Positions 40,165 to 53,162 of a stretch of 64,000 bases of DNA are shown in pieces. Where the stretch lies: assembly GCF_056746865.1 (NCBI RefSeq), contig NZ_CM163382.1; one strand, 5' to 3'. Made by a program: the position numbers and the translations under genes. The notes beneath the pieces are model-generated. The model was not told the origin of the DNA. It saw only the letters and a list, made by a program, of their open reading frames with translations, and did no database searches. Each line of letters opens with the position of its first letter. The first letter of the stretch is position 1.

Positions 40165-41268
40165 ATGAGTGACAGCCAGACGCTGGTGGTAAAACTCGGC
40201 ACCAGTGTGCTAACAGGCGGATCGCGCCGTCTGAACCGTGCCCATATCGTTGAACTTGTTCGCCAGTGCGCGCAGTTACATGCCGCCGGGCATCGGATTG
40301 TTATTGTGACGTCGGGCGCGATCGCCGCCGGACGTGAGCACCTAGGTTACCCGGAACTGCCAGCGACTATCGCCTCGAAACAACTGCTGGCGGCGGTAGG
40401 GCAGAGTCGACTGATTCAACTGTGGGAACAGCTGTTTTCGATTTATGGCATTCACGTCGGGCAAATGCTGCTGACCCGTGCTGATATGGAAGACCGTGAA
40501 CGCTTCCTGAACGCCCGCGACACCCTGCGAGCGTTGCTCGATAACAATATCGTTCCGGTAATCAATGAGAACGATGCTGTCGCTACTGCAGAGATTAAGG
40601 TCGGCGATAACGATAACCTTTCTGCGCTGGCGGCGATTCTGGCGGGTGCCGATAAACTGTTGCTGCTGACCGATCAAAAAGGTTTGTATACCGCTGACCC
40701 GCGCAGCAATCCGCAGGCAGAACTGATTAAAGATGTTTACGGCATTGATGACGCACTGCGCGCGATTGCTGGCGACAGCGTTTCAGGCCTCGGAACTGGC
40801 GGCATGAGTACCAAATTGCAGGCCGCGGACGTGGCTTGCCGTGCGGGTATCGACACCATTATTGCCGCGGGCAGCAAGCCGGGCGTTATTGGTGATGTGA
40901 TGGAAGGCATTTCCGTCGGTACCCTGTTTCATGCCCAGGCGACCCCGCTTGAAAACCGTAAACGCTGGATTTTCGGTGCACCACCTGCGGGTGAAATCAC
41001 GGTAGATGAAGGGGCAACCGCCGCCATTCTTGAACGCGGCAGCTCCCTGTTGCCGAAAGGTATTAAAAGCGTGACTGGCAATTTCTCGCGTGGTGAAGTC
41101 ATCCGCATTTGCAACCTCGAAGGTCGCGATATCGCCCACGGCGTCAGTCGTTACAACAGCGATGCATTACGCCGTATTGCTGGACACCACTCGCAAGAAA
41201 TTGATGCAATACTGGGATATGAATATGGCCCGGTTGCCGTTCACCGTGATGACATGATTACCCGTTAA
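40165..41268 (+). CDS. proB: Glutamate 5-kinase
   Basis: The ATG at 40165 ([16 protein letters not shown]) gives 367 aa with amino-acid kinase and PUA domains. Confidence 0.95.
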
Positions 41269-41279
41269 GGAGCTGGCCG

Positions 41280-42533
41280 ATGCTGGAACAAATGGGCATT
41301 GCCGCAAAGCAAGCCTCGTATAAATTAGCGCAACTCTCCAGCCGCGAAAAAAATCGCGTGCTGGAAAAAATCGCCGATGAACTGGAAGCACAAAGCGAAA
41401 TCATCCTCAACGCTAACGCCCAGGATGTTGCTGACGCGCGTGCCAATGGCCTTAGCGAAGCGATGCTTGACCGTCTGGCACTGACGCCCGCACGGCTGAA
41501 AGGCATTGCCGATGATGTGCGCCAGGTGTGCAACCTCGCCGATCCGGTGGGGCAGGTGATTGATGGTGGCGTACTGGACAGCGGCCTGCGTCTTGAGCGT
41601 CGTCGCGTACCGCTGGGGGTTATTGGCGTGATTTATGAAGCTCGCCCGAACGTGACGGTTGATGTCGCTTCGCTGTGCCTGAAAACCGGTAACGCAGTGA
41701 TCCTGCGTGGTGGCAAAGAAACCTGTCGCACTAACGCTGCAACGGTGGCGGTGATTCAGGACGCCCTGAAATCCTGCGGCTTACCGGCGGGTGCCGTGCA
41801 GGCGATTGATAATCCTGACCGTGCGCTGGTCAGTGAAATGCTGCGTATGGATAAATACATCGACATGCTGATCCCGCGTGGTGGCGCTGGCCTGCATAAA
41901 CTGTGCCGCGAACAGTCGACGATCCCGGTGATCACAGGTGGTATAGGCGTATGCCATATTTACGTTGATGAAAGCGCGGAGATCGCTGAAGCATTAAAAG
42001 TGATCGTCAACGCGAAAACTCAGCGACCGAGCACATGTAATACGGTTGAAACGTTGCTGGTGAATAAAAACATCGCCGATAGTTTCCTGCCCGCATTAAG
42101 CAAACAAATGGCGGAAAGTGGCGTGACGTTACACGCTGATGCAGGTGCACTGGCGCAGTTGCAGACAGGCCCCGCGAAGGTGGTGGCTGTTAAAGCGGAA
42201 GAGTATGACGATGAGTTTCTGTCATTAGATTTGAACGTCAAAATCGTCAGCGATCTTGACGATGCCATCGCCCATATTCGTGAACACGGCACACAACACT
42301 CCGATGCGATCCTGACCCGCGATATGCGCAACGCCCAGCGTTTTGTTAACGAAGTGGATTCGTCCGCTGTTTACGTTAACGCCTCTACGCGTTTTACCGA
42401 CGGCGGTCAGTTTGGACTGGGTGCGGAAGTGGCGGTAAGCACACAAAAACTCCACGCGCGTGGCCCAATGGGGCTGGAAGCACTGACCACTTACAAGTGG
42501 ATCGGCATTGGTGATTACACCATTCGTGCGTAA
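41280..42533 (+). CDS. proA: Gamma-glutamyl phosphate reductase
   Basis: 417 aa aldehyde dehydrogenase-fold protein following proB. Confidence 0.95.
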   Translation: MLEQMGIAAKQASYKLAQLSSREKNRVLEKIADELEAQSEIILNANAQDVADARANGLSEAMLDRLALTPARLKGIADDVRQVCNLADPVGQVIDGGVLDSGLRLERRRVPLGVIGVIYEARPNVTVDVASLCLKTGNAVILRGGKETCRTNAATVAVIQDALKSCGLPAGAVQAIDNPDRALVSEMLRMDKYIDMLIPRGGAGLHKLCREQSTIPVITGGIGVCHIYVDESAEIAEALKVIVNAKTQRPSTCNTVETLLVNKNIADSFLPALSKQMAESGVTLHADAGALAQLQTGPAKVVAVKAEEYDDEFLSLDLNVKIVSDLDDAIAHIREHGTQHSDAILTRDMRNAQRFVNEVDSSAVYVNASTRFTDGGQFGLGAEVAVSTQKLHARGPMGLEALTTYKWIGIGDYTIRA

Positions 42534-42647
42534 ATAAAACCGGGTGATGCAAAAGTAGCCATTTGATTCACAAGGCCATTGACGCATCGCCCGGTTAGTT
42601 TTAACCTTGTCCACCGTGATTCACGTTCGTGAACATGTCCTTTCAGG

Positions 42648-42723
42648 GCCGATATAGCTCAGTTGGTAGAGCAGCGCATTCGTAATGCGAAGGTCGGAGG
42701 TTCGACTCCTCTTATCGGCACCA
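42648..42723 (+). tRNA. thrW: tRNA-Thr (anticodon CGU)
   Basis: GCCGATATAGCTCAGTTGGTAGAGCAGCGCATTCGTAATGCGAAGGTCGGAGGTTCGACTCCTCTTATCGGCACCA: cloverleaf, T-loop GGTTCGA, encoded CCA end. Confidence 0.92.
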
Positions 42724-42850
42724 TTTAAATCAAGTAGTTACCTCACATTCAATTACACCACATTTTCCTCCTGTGCCGTATTTGTGCCATTGTAACCCTG
42801 GCAATTCATCAAAATACTGTTCTGACATCAGGCAGTGCAGGTGCAGACAT

Positions 42851-43066
42851 TTAAGCCAATTGCTGCCGCCATTCCTTGACGTGGTCAATCAGGGCGCGGA
42901 GCTTTGGTGCAATATTGCGACGCTGTGGGAAATACAGATAGAAGCCCGGAAATTGTGGAAGAAAGTCATCAAGCAGCGATACAAGCTTACCGCTTTCAAT
43001 ATATGGCCTGAAAGTTTCCTGAGTGGCAATTGTTATGCCTGCGCCGGCAAGAGCCAGCCTCAACAT
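42851..43066 (-). pseudogene. Remnant of a LysR-family regulator (C-terminal fragment only)
   Basis: The 71-aa ORF ...LVSLLDDFLPQFPGFYLYFPQRRNIAPKLRALIDHVKEW resembles a LysR C-terminal substrate-binding domain end. No N-terminal HTH portion is present. Confidence 0.4.
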
Positions 43067-43164
43067 CAGACGCAGATCATTCTGCTAATCCCACCGATGC
43101 TTCGGTCTGGAGTGGTAAATTAATATTGGACACAGTTTTATTTTCTCTCTTTTTCGAGGGCTAT

Positions 43165-43431
43165 ATGAACAGGAAGAATACATCCCTAAGCGGTTAATGC
43201 TGGCGTAATCAATAGACCAGCATTAATCACGGATGATTACCAATCAGACAGATATGGTTAAATCGTCGAATTCATAATTAATACTTTTTCTTACGCCGCT
43301 GAACAGCTTGAAAAGGATACATATTTTAAATATCAGTGAAGTGAACAGTTTATTGCCGTTATTAATAGAGATGGAGGAATAAATACGCGTATTCTACTAT
43401 TGCAACAAAAACAACGATGATGATCAGTTTT
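43165..43431. repeat. Copy A of a ~270-bp duplicated segment (homologous to 63041..63193 plus 63890..64000)
   Basis: By eye, roughly 80-90% identity to two separated segments near ykgO/ykgM. In copy A the two halves are contiguous. Confidence 0.75.
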
Positions 43432-43641
43432 CATAATGAAGTAACCTGACAGATATAAAAATGTTGATTGAGGCTCAATGCCCGGATGAAGGTTGTCGAG
43501 GGAGCCAGGTGGTTTTTTCTTTTGGGTGATCTCCATTGCTGGATAGTCCCCTCTTTCTCGCTCAAAGCAGACCCTGGAATTGAACGCAGAGGGACTACCT
43601 GACACAATTTTGCACAGTGAAGAGTCGGTCGTTATTAACGT

Positions 43642-44526
43642 TCAGATTTTCAATGTATCAATGACCATCCGCAGGGCGGGGGAGACGTTGCGATGAGGGT
43701 AATAGAGAAACAATCCCTCCATTCGCAGGCTGTAACGCTGCAACACCCTGATAAGCTTACCGTGTTCTAAATCATCCGCGACCAGTTCAACAGGAACATA
43801 GGCCAATCCGAGGCCCAGCCGGGCTGCTTCTGCTTCCATATAGCTGTCGGATAAGGCCCATTGCCCTTCAGGGCGATGAGTGATTTTTTTATCATCCTGA
43901 TTGAGTTCCCACTGGTATACGCTGCCGTCGGCAAACTGATAGGCGATACAGGGATGCGCCTTTAAATCCGCCGGGGTTTGCGGAAAACCATAGCGACGAA
44001 AATGTTCCGGAGTCCCCACAATTGCCATCTCCATATCGGGCGTGATGCGTACCGCGACCATACCCTGGCCGACTTCAGGCCCCAGGCGGACACCTGCATC
44101 GAATCTTTCCTCGATGATATCGACGAACCGGCTCTCATTTATCAGTTCAAGCCGGATATCAGGATATCGCTGTTTAAATACCGCCAGCTTTGGCAGCAGG
44201 CATTTATCAATCGCGTGCTGGCTGGCATTGATACGCACCGTGCCGGAGGGCGTCTCTCGATAGTGCGCCAGCGTGGCAAGCCCAAGATCTAACATTTCAA
44301 ATCCAGATGCCGTCTTCTGGTAGAGCTGCTCGCCTGCTTGTGTCAGCGACAGTTTACGCGTGGTGCGCACTAGCAGCTGGACGCCGAGCCTTTCTTCAAG
44401 CTCGCGAACAGAACGGCTGACTCCTGACTGAGCAAGACCCAGCCGCTGAGCCGCTGCGGTAAAGCTGCCTTCCCGCACCACCTGCATAAACAGGTACAGC
44501 TCGTTGTAGTTCTCCCTTTTCGCCAT
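43642..44526 (-). CDS. LysR-family transcriptional regulator
   Basis: 294 aa with an N-terminal HTH (FTAAAQRLGLAQSGVSRSVRELEERLGVQLL), divergent from the hydrolase gene. Confidence 0.85.
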   Translation of the reverse strand: MAKRENYNELYLFMQVVREGSFTAAAQRLGLAQSGVSRSVRELEERLGVQLLVRTTRKLSLTQAGEQLYQKTASGFEMLDLGLATLAHYRETPSGTVRINASQHAIDKCLLPKLAVFKQRYPDIRLELINESRFVDIIEERFDAGVRLGPEVGQGMVAVRITPDMEMAIVGTPEHFRRYGFPQTPADLKAHPCIAYQFADGSVYQWELNQDDKKITHRPEGQWALSDSYMEAEAARLGLGLAYVPVELVADDLEHGKLIRVLQRYSLRMEGLFLYYPHRNVSPALRMVIDTLKI

Positions 44527-44691
44527 TGAAACATCCCCCCTTCATGCCGGCAATCTCCGCATTAATTTATAACAATATGGTATTAATCTTAGCATTAATC
44601 GCCCCCTAATCAGCACTAATTCTGCTCATTATAATGACCCCATCAAAGCAAAGCACCGCAGCGTTTTCCGTCGGAAACCTGTATCTCTCTA

Positions 44692-45849
44692 TTGTTTTTT
44701 ATGGGGATTTTTATGAAAGCCTTCACCCGAACGCTAAAAACCGCGATGCCGACCATGCTGCTTTTCGCATCATTAAGTGGAGTCACGACAATGAGTTATG
44801 CTGATTCAACCAATCCTAATGCCCCTGTGTCCATGACAGATAAATGGGATAAAACGTTCGCCGAGAGCCAGAAAGTCGATCACCGTAAAGTCTCGTTCCC
44901 GAACCGATATGGCATCACCTTAGTGGGCGATCTTTACCTGCCTAAAGACCGTGGCGATCGCAAGCTGGCGGCGATTGCGGTCAGTGGGCCATTTGGCGCG
45001 GTGAAAGAGCAATCCAGCGGCTTGTATGCGCAGACGCTGGCGGAACGAGGGTTTGTTACCCTGGCGTTCGATCCTTCTTACACCGGGGAAAGCGGCGGCT
45101 ATCCGCGAAACGTCGCCTCACCGGATATCAACACTGAAGATTTCAGCGCGGCGGTGGATTTCTTAGGGCTGCAAAAAGAGGTAGATCGCAACCGTATCGG
45201 GCTGCTCGGTATTTGTGGCTGGGGCGGCATGGCGCTGAACGACGTGGCGATGGATACCCGCGTTAAAGCGGTAGCTACCAGCGTGATGTATGACATGAGC
45301 CGGGCGATGGGTCATGGTGTGGGGGATGGCAAAGACCGTTATTCTACCGCCGACCGTCGTGCCGTTCTGCAATATCTGAATGAACAGCGCTGGCAGGATG
45401 CGCAGAGCGGAACGTTCGCTCACGGTGGTCATGATATTAATGTCGATAGCAACGGCAAGGTCAGTGCGGGCGAGCGCATTCTGCCAGAAACGCTGCCGGC
45501 AAATCCTCATCCGGTACTGAAAGAGTTCTTTGACTACTATCGCATGCCGCGCGGCTTCCACGAACGTTCCGTTAACTCTACCGGGGCGTGGACGGCAACG
45601 ATGCCGCTGTCATTTATGAATATGCCGCTGTTGAGCTACGCCAGTGAAATCACCATTCCGACGCTGATTGTGACCGGTGAGAAAGCACATTCACGCTATT
45701 TTGCTGAAGATGCTTACAAGGCGGTTGGCAGTAAAGACAAAGAGTTGGTGGTGGTACCAGGGGCAAATCACGTGGACCTGTACGATAACGTGGCCGGAAA
45801 AATACCTTTCGCGAAGTTCGAACAATTTTTCCAGACCAAACTGAAATAA
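44692..45849 (+). CDS. Secreted alpha/beta-hydrolase with a Cys-type nucleophile elbow (dienelactone-hydrolase-like)
   Basis: Signal-peptide-like N-terminus and a GICGWGG (G-x-C-x-G) motif. Confidence 0.65.
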   Translation: MFFMGIFMKAFTRTLKTAMPTMLLFASLSGVTTMSYADSTNPNAPVSMTDKWDKTFAESQKVDHRKVSFPNRYGITLVGDLYLPKDRGDRKLAAIAVSGPFGAVKEQSSGLYAQTLAERGFVTLAFDPSYTGESGGYPRNVASPDINTEDFSAAVDFLGLQKEVDRNRIGLLGICGWGGMALNDVAMDTRVKAVATSVMYDMSRAMGHGVGDGKDRYSTADRRAVLQYLNEQRWQDAQSGTFAHGGHDINVDSNGKVSAGERILPETLPANPHPVLKEFFDYYRMPRGFHERSVNSTGAWTATMPLSFMNMPLLSYASEITIPTLIVTGEKAHSRYFAEDAYKAVGSKDKELVVVPGANHVDLYDNVAGKIPFAKFEQFFQTKLK

Positions 45850-45924
45850 AACCTCTCCTGAATTGATGCAAAGCCACCGGCCATAGGCTGGTGGCTTTTA
45901 TCCTGATCTTTGTGAAATTTCACT

Positions 45925-47118
45925 ATGTCGACACTAAGCCAAACACTATCACCTCATCATCAGCGCGCATACTGGGGCGGTATTTTTGCCATGACCCTGT
46001 GCGTGTTTGTGCTGATTGCTTCTGAATTTATGCCCGTCAGCCTGCTCACGCCGATTACCCGCGATTTAGGCGTGACGGAGGGGCTTGCAGGGCAGGGGAT
46101 TGCTATCTCCGGCGCGCAGGCGGTTCTGACCAGCCTGACGCTTTCAACGCTAGCTGGAAAGATGAATCGTAAGTTCCTGCTGCTGGGGATGACGGTTCTG
46201 ATGGCCGTATCGGGGCTTATTATTGCGCTGGCTTCCAGTTATCTGATGTATATGGTCGGTCGTGCGATGATTGGTGTGGCTATTGGCGGATTCTGGTCGA
46301 TGTCAGCGGCAACGGCGATTCGTCTGGTGCCGCAGCATCAGGTCACGCGTGCGCTGGCAATTTTCAACGCCGGTAATGCGCTGGCGACGGTCGTGGCCGC
46401 ACCGCTGGGAAGCTATCTGGGGGCTACGGTCGGATGGCGAGGCGCTTTCTTGTGCCTGGTGCCCATCGCGGTTGTCGCCTTTATCTGGCAGTGCATCAGC
46501 CTGCCAAGCATGGATGCGAATAAAAGCCACACTTCATGTGGCGCGGTATTCCGCTTATTTAGCCGCCGCATGGTTGTGGTCGGCATGATAGCTTGTGGCC
46601 TGTTTTTCATGGGGCAGTTTGCGCTATTCACCTATGTGCGCCCGTTTCTGGAGTCGGTGACACGGGTTAATTCCTTAGGCTTGTCGTCGATTTTGCTGAT
46701 TATCGGCGTGGCCGGTTTTATTGGCACGCTGGTTGTTTCGGCATTTCTCAACAGAAAATTCTACCCCACGCTGATGGCCATACCCGGACTGATGGCCGTC
46801 ATTGCCATCGGTCTGATGCTTACCGGGCATCACGTCTGGACGGTCTCGCTGCTGTTAGGACTCTGGGGCATGCTGGCCACCGCCGCGCCAACCGGATGGT
46901 GGACATGGATTGCGCGTACGTTGCCTGACAACGCCGAAGCTGGAGGCGGGCTCATGGTCGCGGTGATTCAGCTCGCCATCGCCCTTGGATCAACGGCAGG
47001 AGGCATTGTGTTTGACCGCCTTGGCTGGCAGAGCACGTTTGCTATGAGTAGCGTGCTGCTCCTTTGCGCTGGCGTACTGACCTTTGTTACCGCACGCCAG
47101 AAGGCCGGTGCGCTTTAG
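45925..47118 (+). CDS. MFS-family transporter
   Basis: 397 aa with about 12 predicted TM helices, following the hydrolase gene. Confidence 0.85.
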   Translation: MSTLSQTLSPHHQRAYWGGIFAMTLCVFVLIASEFMPVSLLTPITRDLGVTEGLAGQGIAISGAQAVLTSLTLSTLAGKMNRKFLLLGMTVLMAVSGLIIALASSYLMYMVGRAMIGVAIGGFWSMSAATAIRLVPQHQVTRALAIFNAGNALATVVAAPLGSYLGATVGWRGAFLCLVPIAVVAFIWQCISLPSMDANKSHTSCGAVFRLFSRRMVVVGMIACGLFFMGQFALFTYVRPFLESVTRVNSLGLSSILLIIGVAGFIGTLVVSAFLNRKFYPTLMAIPGLMAVIAIGLMLTGHHVWTVSLLLGLWGMLATAAPTGWWTWIARTLPDNAEAGGGLMVAVIQLAIALGSTAGGIVFDRLGWQSTFAMSSVLLLCAGVLTFVTARQKAGAL

Positions 47119-47298
47119 TCCGGCGAGGGCGCGCGTTGCTGAATAAGTTACACAAGGCGATGAGCGCCCACTATGGGTTGGGCGCTCTTTTAAACGATTT
47201 AGGTGATTTTCTAAAACGGCTACTGCAGATTTTTTCTCTTAATTTATGGGTATTTCCCCCGGAGGCGAGAAAGCGCTCTCCACGCCCGGCCGCAAGGA

Positions 47299-48255
47299 TC
47301 AGGACGACGGGGGCAGGCATGAATCCTCATCCTGATGGAGACGTACAGAGGCGACTTCTGCCAGCACGGAGAGTGCCAGAGTATGCGCATCCCGGGCTTT
47401 GGGGAATATCCCGACGGGTGCCCGGATTTGCGCTGTCTCCTCCCTGGACCATCCCAGCTCGTGGAGCTTTTGCAGACGTAAAGTGTGGGTTCGATAGCTG
47501 CCCAATGCGCCGAGATAAAAGGGTTTTGCTTCTCGCGCGGCCTGCAACACTGGCAGCTCCCGGTTGAGATCATGGCACAGCAAAATGACCGCCGTATCGG
47601 TATCGATCTGAGCGCTGGCTGAGGCCGGAAAAAGATCGAAGATATGGCTGTCATAGCCTGTGGCTGCTGCAAGACTCGCGGTTGCCTGCGCCTCAAGAGA
47701 ACGTCCGTAAATCATCAGACTGACGCATGGCCTGAACCCCACCTCAAAGCCATTGAGATTCCAGCCCGTCCGGGTTTGCGTGGGCAGGCACACCAGCGAT
47801 TGAGCTTGCGGATCGTAGCGCAGACCCGCCGGTTTTCTCTGTTCCAGGCGGTTCAGCACGGCGAGCAGAGGCTGTGCCGAGCGTAGTTTATGGAGCGTCA
47901 GCGTGATCCCACCGCCGCAGGGCAGAACGATGTCAAACCACGGCGAACCTTCGCCATAGCAAATTTCGCGATCGCGGCCTGAGCCCATCACCTCCAGCGC
48001 TTCAAAAGCGGCAGCGGCCTCCACGCAGCCGCCAGAGACAAAACCGCAGTAACGGCCATCTTCGCGCACCACCATCTGCGCCCCGAGCGGGCGCGCCGCG
48101 CCGCCGCGTATCTCCACCAGCGTCACCAGCACCGCTCCTTTACCGGACATTAGCGCCTCTACGGCGAAGCGCAGAATGGTCCGGTGGTCATCGGTGAGAA
48201 ACGCCTGCTCTGGCTTATGCCAGTGCTCGTCTTTGTCAAAAAGCGAGTATGACAT
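47299..48255 (-). CDS. paoD: XdhC-type molybdenum-cofactor insertion chaperone
   Basis: 318 aa, lying downstream on the minus strand of the three oxidoreductase subunit genes. Confidence 0.8.
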   Translation of the reverse strand: MSYSLFDKDEHWHKPEQAFLTDDHRTILRFAVEALMSGKGAVLVTLVEIRGGAARPLGAQMVVREDGRYCGFVSGGCVEAAAAFEALEVMGSGRDREICYGEGSPWFDIVLPCGGGITLTLHKLRSAQPLLAVLNRLEQRKPAGLRYDPQAQSLVCLPTQTRTGWNLNGFEVGFRPCVSLMIYGRSLEAQATASLAAATGYDSHIFDLFPASASAQIDTDTAVILLCHDLNRELPVLQAAREAKPFYLGALGSYRTHTLRLQKLHELGWSREETAQIRAPVGIFPKARDAHTLALSVLAEVASVRLHQDEDSCLPPSS

Positions 48256-48264
48256 TGTTCCTCC

Positions 48265-50463
48265 TTAAACCACATCCGGCAGTTTATCGAGCAGCTTATC
48301 CAGAGTGATGGGATAATCCCGTACCCGAATACCGGTGGCGTTATACACCGCGTTGGCGATAGCCGCGCTCACGCCGCACAGGCCCAGCTCACCGACACCT
48401 TTGGCCTTCATCGGGGAGGAGATGGGGTCGGTATCATCCAGGAAAATCACCTCCTGTTTTGGGATATCCGCATGAACCGGCACCTCATACCCCGCCATAT
48501 CGTGATTAACGAAGTAGCCCAAACGGTCATCCACCGCCAGCTCCTCCATCAGTGCCGCGCCCATGCCCATAGTCATTGCGCCAATGACCTGGCTGCGTGC
48601 GGTTTTCGGATTCAGGATGCGTACTGCAGCACACACAGCGAGCATACGCCGGACCCGAACTTCTCCCGTCGCGCTATGCACGCCGACCTCCACAAAATGC
48701 CCGGCAAAGGTCGATTGCTGGTACTCCTTGCTCAGTGTTCCGAATTCAATGCTCTCTTCCGCTGTCAGCCTGCCGCCTGCGGTGGCCTCATGTAGCGTGG
48801 CGCTTCGGGTACCGTTGGTAATCTTGCCGTCGGCAAACTGCGACTGCCCAGGATCAAACCCGACTGCCGAGGCAATCATTTCGCGAAGTTTCACACAGGC
48901 GGCGTAAACGCCGGAGGTGGAGGTATTCGCGCCCCATTGTCCACCAGAACCCGCAGAAACCGGGAAACTGGAATCGCCGAGGTGAACCGCAACCTGCTCC
49001 AGCGGTACGCCAAGCATTTCCGCTGCCGTCTGAGCCAGAATTGTGTAGCTGCCGGTGCCAATATCGGTCATGTCCGTTTCCACGGTAACGGTGCCGTTTT
49101 GTTCTAGGTGAACCCGAGCACCCGATTTTTCCAGCAGATTATTGCGAAAGCCCGCCGCAACACCGTGGCCGACTAGCCACTCCCCGTCGCGTACCTGTCC
49201 GGGTGTGGCGTTGCGCTGCTTCCAGCCAAATTTATCCGCTCCGGTGCGCAAGCACTCAATAAGCTGACGGCGAGAGAAGCGGCGCGTCGGGTCGGCGGGG
49301 TCAACCTGAGTGTCATTCAGGATGCGAAACTCGACGGGATCGATGCCTGCTTTTTCCGCCAGTTCATCGATCGCGATTTCGAGCGCCATCAGACCGGGGG
49401 CTTCGCCGGGCGCACGCATGGCGTTCCCTTCCGGCAAATCAAGCGTGGCGAGCCGCAGGCCGGTATGACGATTCGCCCCTGCGTAGAGTAATTCGCTTTG
49501 CTGTACCGCCGTTTCCGGCGTGCCGCCGGGCAGGTTTCCGGACCAGCTTTCATGTGAGATAGCAGTGATTTTCCCGCTCTGGTCGGCACCGATACGCAGG
49601 TGCTGAAGGGTGGCGGGGCGGTGCGTTGTGTTATTGGGAATAGTGGGGCGGGGGAGCATCACTTTAACCGGACGTTTCACCGCACGGGCGGCGAGGGCCG
49701 CCAGCAGCGCATCGCTTCTCAGGAACAGCTTGCCGCCAAACCCTCCGCCGATATACGGGGAGATAATACGCACATTCTCCACGGGCACTTTCAGCGTTTT
49801 TGCCAGATCGGTGCGGCACCAGTCAATCATCTGATTTGAGGTCCAGAGGGTAAGCTTATTTCCATCCCAGACGGCCATCGAGGCATGCGGCTCCATCGCC
49901 ATATGGCTCTGGTCCGGGGTCGTGTAGGTAGCATCAATCTTCACCGCAGCGGAGGTGAAAGCCCCGTCAAAGTCACCAACATTTTTATCGGGCGTGTCTT
50001 CCGGCGGCTGACTGACGGCCTGTTTCTCGTCCGCCAGGGAGTAAGCTCCTTTATTACGGCGATAGTGCGCCTGCACCAGCGAGGCCGCCGCTCGTGCCTG
50101 TTCGAAGGTCTCGGCCACTACCAGCGCAATGGCCTGATGATAGTGCTCAATAGTGGGGCCGGCTAACAGCCTGGCGGTGTTTTTGTCGCCTTTGCCGAGT
50201 GCCCCGGCGTTACTGGCGGTAATGACAGCCAGTACGCCCGGCGCTTTTTGCGCGGCGTCCGTATCAAGGGCGGTGAGGCATCCTTTGGCAATGGCGGAAC
50301 CGACGATATAACCATAGGCGGCGTTGGGAGCTTCTTCATACCATTCGTAGGCGTAGCGTGCCGTGCCGGTAGTTTTCAGCGGTCCGTCGATGCGGTCATG
50401 GGGACGACCGACAACCTTCAGCTGATCGATCGGGTTTTCCCCTGCGGGTTTATCAAATTTCAT
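48265..50463 (-). CDS. paoC: Aldehyde oxidoreductase molybdopterin-binding large subunit
   Basis: 732 aa of the xanthine dehydrogenase/aldehyde oxidase MoCo-subunit family. Confidence 0.9.
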   Translation of the reverse strand: MKFDKPAGENPIDQLKVVGRPHDRIDGPLKTTGTARYAYEWYEEAPNAAYGYIVGSAIAKGCLTALDTDAAQKAPGVLAVITASNAGALGKGDKNTARLLAGPTIEHYHQAIALVVAETFEQARAAASLVQAHYRRNKGAYSLADEKQAVSQPPEDTPDKNVGDFDGAFTSAAVKIDATYTTPDQSHMAMEPHASMAVWDGNKLTLWTSNQMIDWCRTDLAKTLKVPVENVRIISPYIGGGFGGKLFLRSDALLAALAARAVKRPVKVMLPRPTIPNNTTHRPATLQHLRIGADQSGKITAISHESWSGNLPGGTPETAVQQSELLYAGANRHTGLRLATLDLPEGNAMRAPGEAPGLMALEIAIDELAEKAGIDPVEFRILNDTQVDPADPTRRFSRRQLIECLRTGADKFGWKQRNATPGQVRDGEWLVGHGVAAGFRNNLLEKSGARVHLEQNGTVTVETDMTDIGTGSYTILAQTAAEMLGVPLEQVAVHLGDSSFPVSAGSGGQWGANTSTSGVYAACVKLREMIASAVGFDPGQSQFADGKITNGTRSATLHEATAGGRLTAEESIEFGTLSKEYQQSTFAGHFVEVGVHSATGEVRVRRMLAVCAAVRILNPKTARSQVIGAMTMGMGAALMEELAVDDRLGYFVNHDMAGYEVPVHADIPKQEVIFLDDTDPISSPMKAKGVGELGLCGVSAAIANAVYNATGIRVRDYPITLDKLLDKLPDVV

Positions 50464-51416
50464 GCCTGTGCCCTCGCTTCAGCCAGTACGGAGGCAAGCG
50501 TTCGCTTCGCCAACAGGAGTTTAAAGGTGTTTTCAGCGGTGGGATGGGCGCTGGCGAACAGCGCGTCATACACGGCCTGCGCCCCCTGGGATAGCTGAGC
50601 ATTCGCAGCCTCAATGCGCCAGGGCTTATGTGCTACTCCGCCCAGCGCGACGCGCCCGCTGCCGTCAGGCTGAATAATCGCCGCGACCGATACCAGGGCA
50701 AAGGCGTAGGAGGCGCGATCGCGCACCTTACGGTAAATATGTTTTCCGCCGAGCGGCGGAGGTAACGTCACCGCAACGATAAGCTCACCGGGAAGCAGGG
50801 CGGTTTCAATGTGCGGCGTTTTCCCCGGTGGGTGATAAAAATCAGCCAGTGTGATACTGCGAGTCTTTCCCTCCGGCGTGATGGTTTCCACCACCGCATC
50901 CAGCAACCGCATTGCGACCGCCATATCGCTCGGATGGGTGGCAATGCAGGCTTCGCTTACGCCTACCACCGCGTGCTGACGGCTAAAGCCTTCAAGTGCC
51001 GCGCAGCCGCTCCCGGGCAGGCGCTTATTGCAGGGCTGATTGGTGTCGTAAAAATAGGGGCAGCGCGTGCGCTGGAGCAGATTACCTGCGGTGGTTGCCT
51101 GATTACGTAACTGACCAGACGCGCCAGCGAGCAGGGCGCGGGAGAGTACCGCGTAATCACGACGCACGCGCTCGTGAGCCGCCAGGTCGGTGTTCCGTAC
51201 CAGTGCGCCGATGCGCAGCCCACCCGCGTCGGTCACTTCAATCTTATCGAGCCCGAGGCCGTTCACATCGATAAGGTGGGTGGGCGTTTCAATTTCCAGC
51301 TTCATCAGGTCCAGCAGATTGGTCCCGCCCGCGATAAATTTTGCGCCGGGTACGCGCTGAGCGCTAAGTGCCGCCTCGGCCGGGGTGTTCACTCGTTCAT
51401 AGGTAAACGCCTTCAT
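50460..51416 (-). CDS. paoB: Aldehyde oxidoreductase FAD-binding subunit
   Basis: 318 aa, FAD-binding CO dehydrogenase/xanthine dehydrogenase medium-subunit-like. Confidence 0.9.
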   Translation of the reverse strand: MKAFTYERVNTPAEAALSAQRVPGAKFIAGGTNLLDLMKLEIETPTHLIDVNGLGLDKIEVTDAGGLRIGALVRNTDLAAHERVRRDYAVLSRALLAGASGQLRNQATTAGNLLQRTRCPYFYDTNQPCNKRLPGSGCAALEGFSRQHAVVGVSEACIATHPSDMAVAMRLLDAVVETITPEGKTRSITLADFYHPPGKTPHIETALLPGELIVAVTLPPPLGGKHIYRKVRDRASYAFALVSVAAIIQPDGSGRVALGGVAHKPWRIEAANAQLSQGAQAVYDALFASAHPTAENTFKLLLAKRTLASVLAEARAQA

Positions 51417-51903
51417 GATTTTATCTCCCCCGCAGCGTCTTCAATGGCGGCAAGGATGTTAGCGTATGCTCCACAGCGACAGATGTTGCCGCTCATACGT
51501 TCACGGATCTCATCGGCAGTTCTTTCTGGAGGGGAAACCAAATCGACCGTGACGTGACTGGGAATGCCGTCCTGAATCTCTTTTAGCACCGCTACTGATG
51601 AGCAAATTTGCCCGGAGGTGCAGTAGCCGCACTGGAAGCCATCATGCTTGATAAAGGCCGCCTGCATGGGGTGAAGATTCTCTGGTGAACCCAGGCCTTC
51701 AATGGTGGTGATCTCGGCCCCCTGATGCATGACTGCAAGCGTCAGGCAGGCATTAAGCCTGCGACCATTGACCAGCACGGTACAGGCTCCGCACTGTCCG
51801 TGATCGCAACCTTTCTTGGTACCGAACAGATGCAGATTTTCACGCAAAGCGTCCAGTAGCGTGGTTCGGGTATCCACCTCAAGCTGCTCGGTTTTGCCGT
51901 TCA

Positions 51904-53162
<1,259 letters not shown>

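Noticed and set aside
42773-43123. 116-aa plus-strand ORF downstream of thrW
   Set aside because: The opposite strand encodes a recognisable LysR C-terminal fragment; the plus-strand ORF has no features.
43333-43605. 90-aa minus-strand ORF over the duplicated segment
   Set aside because: It lies within repeat and intergenic sequence, has no motif, and is probably not coding.
42724-43640. Prophage or integrase at the thrW hotspot
   Set aside because: No integrase-like ORF and no obvious direct repeat of the tRNA 3' end were seen; only a LysR remnant and the duplicated segment are present.
47064-47696. ORFs 47064..47567 (+) and 47244..47696 (-) near the paoD 3' end
   Set aside because: They overlap the well-supported paoD gene or the MFS-paoD intergenic region and are compositional artefacts.
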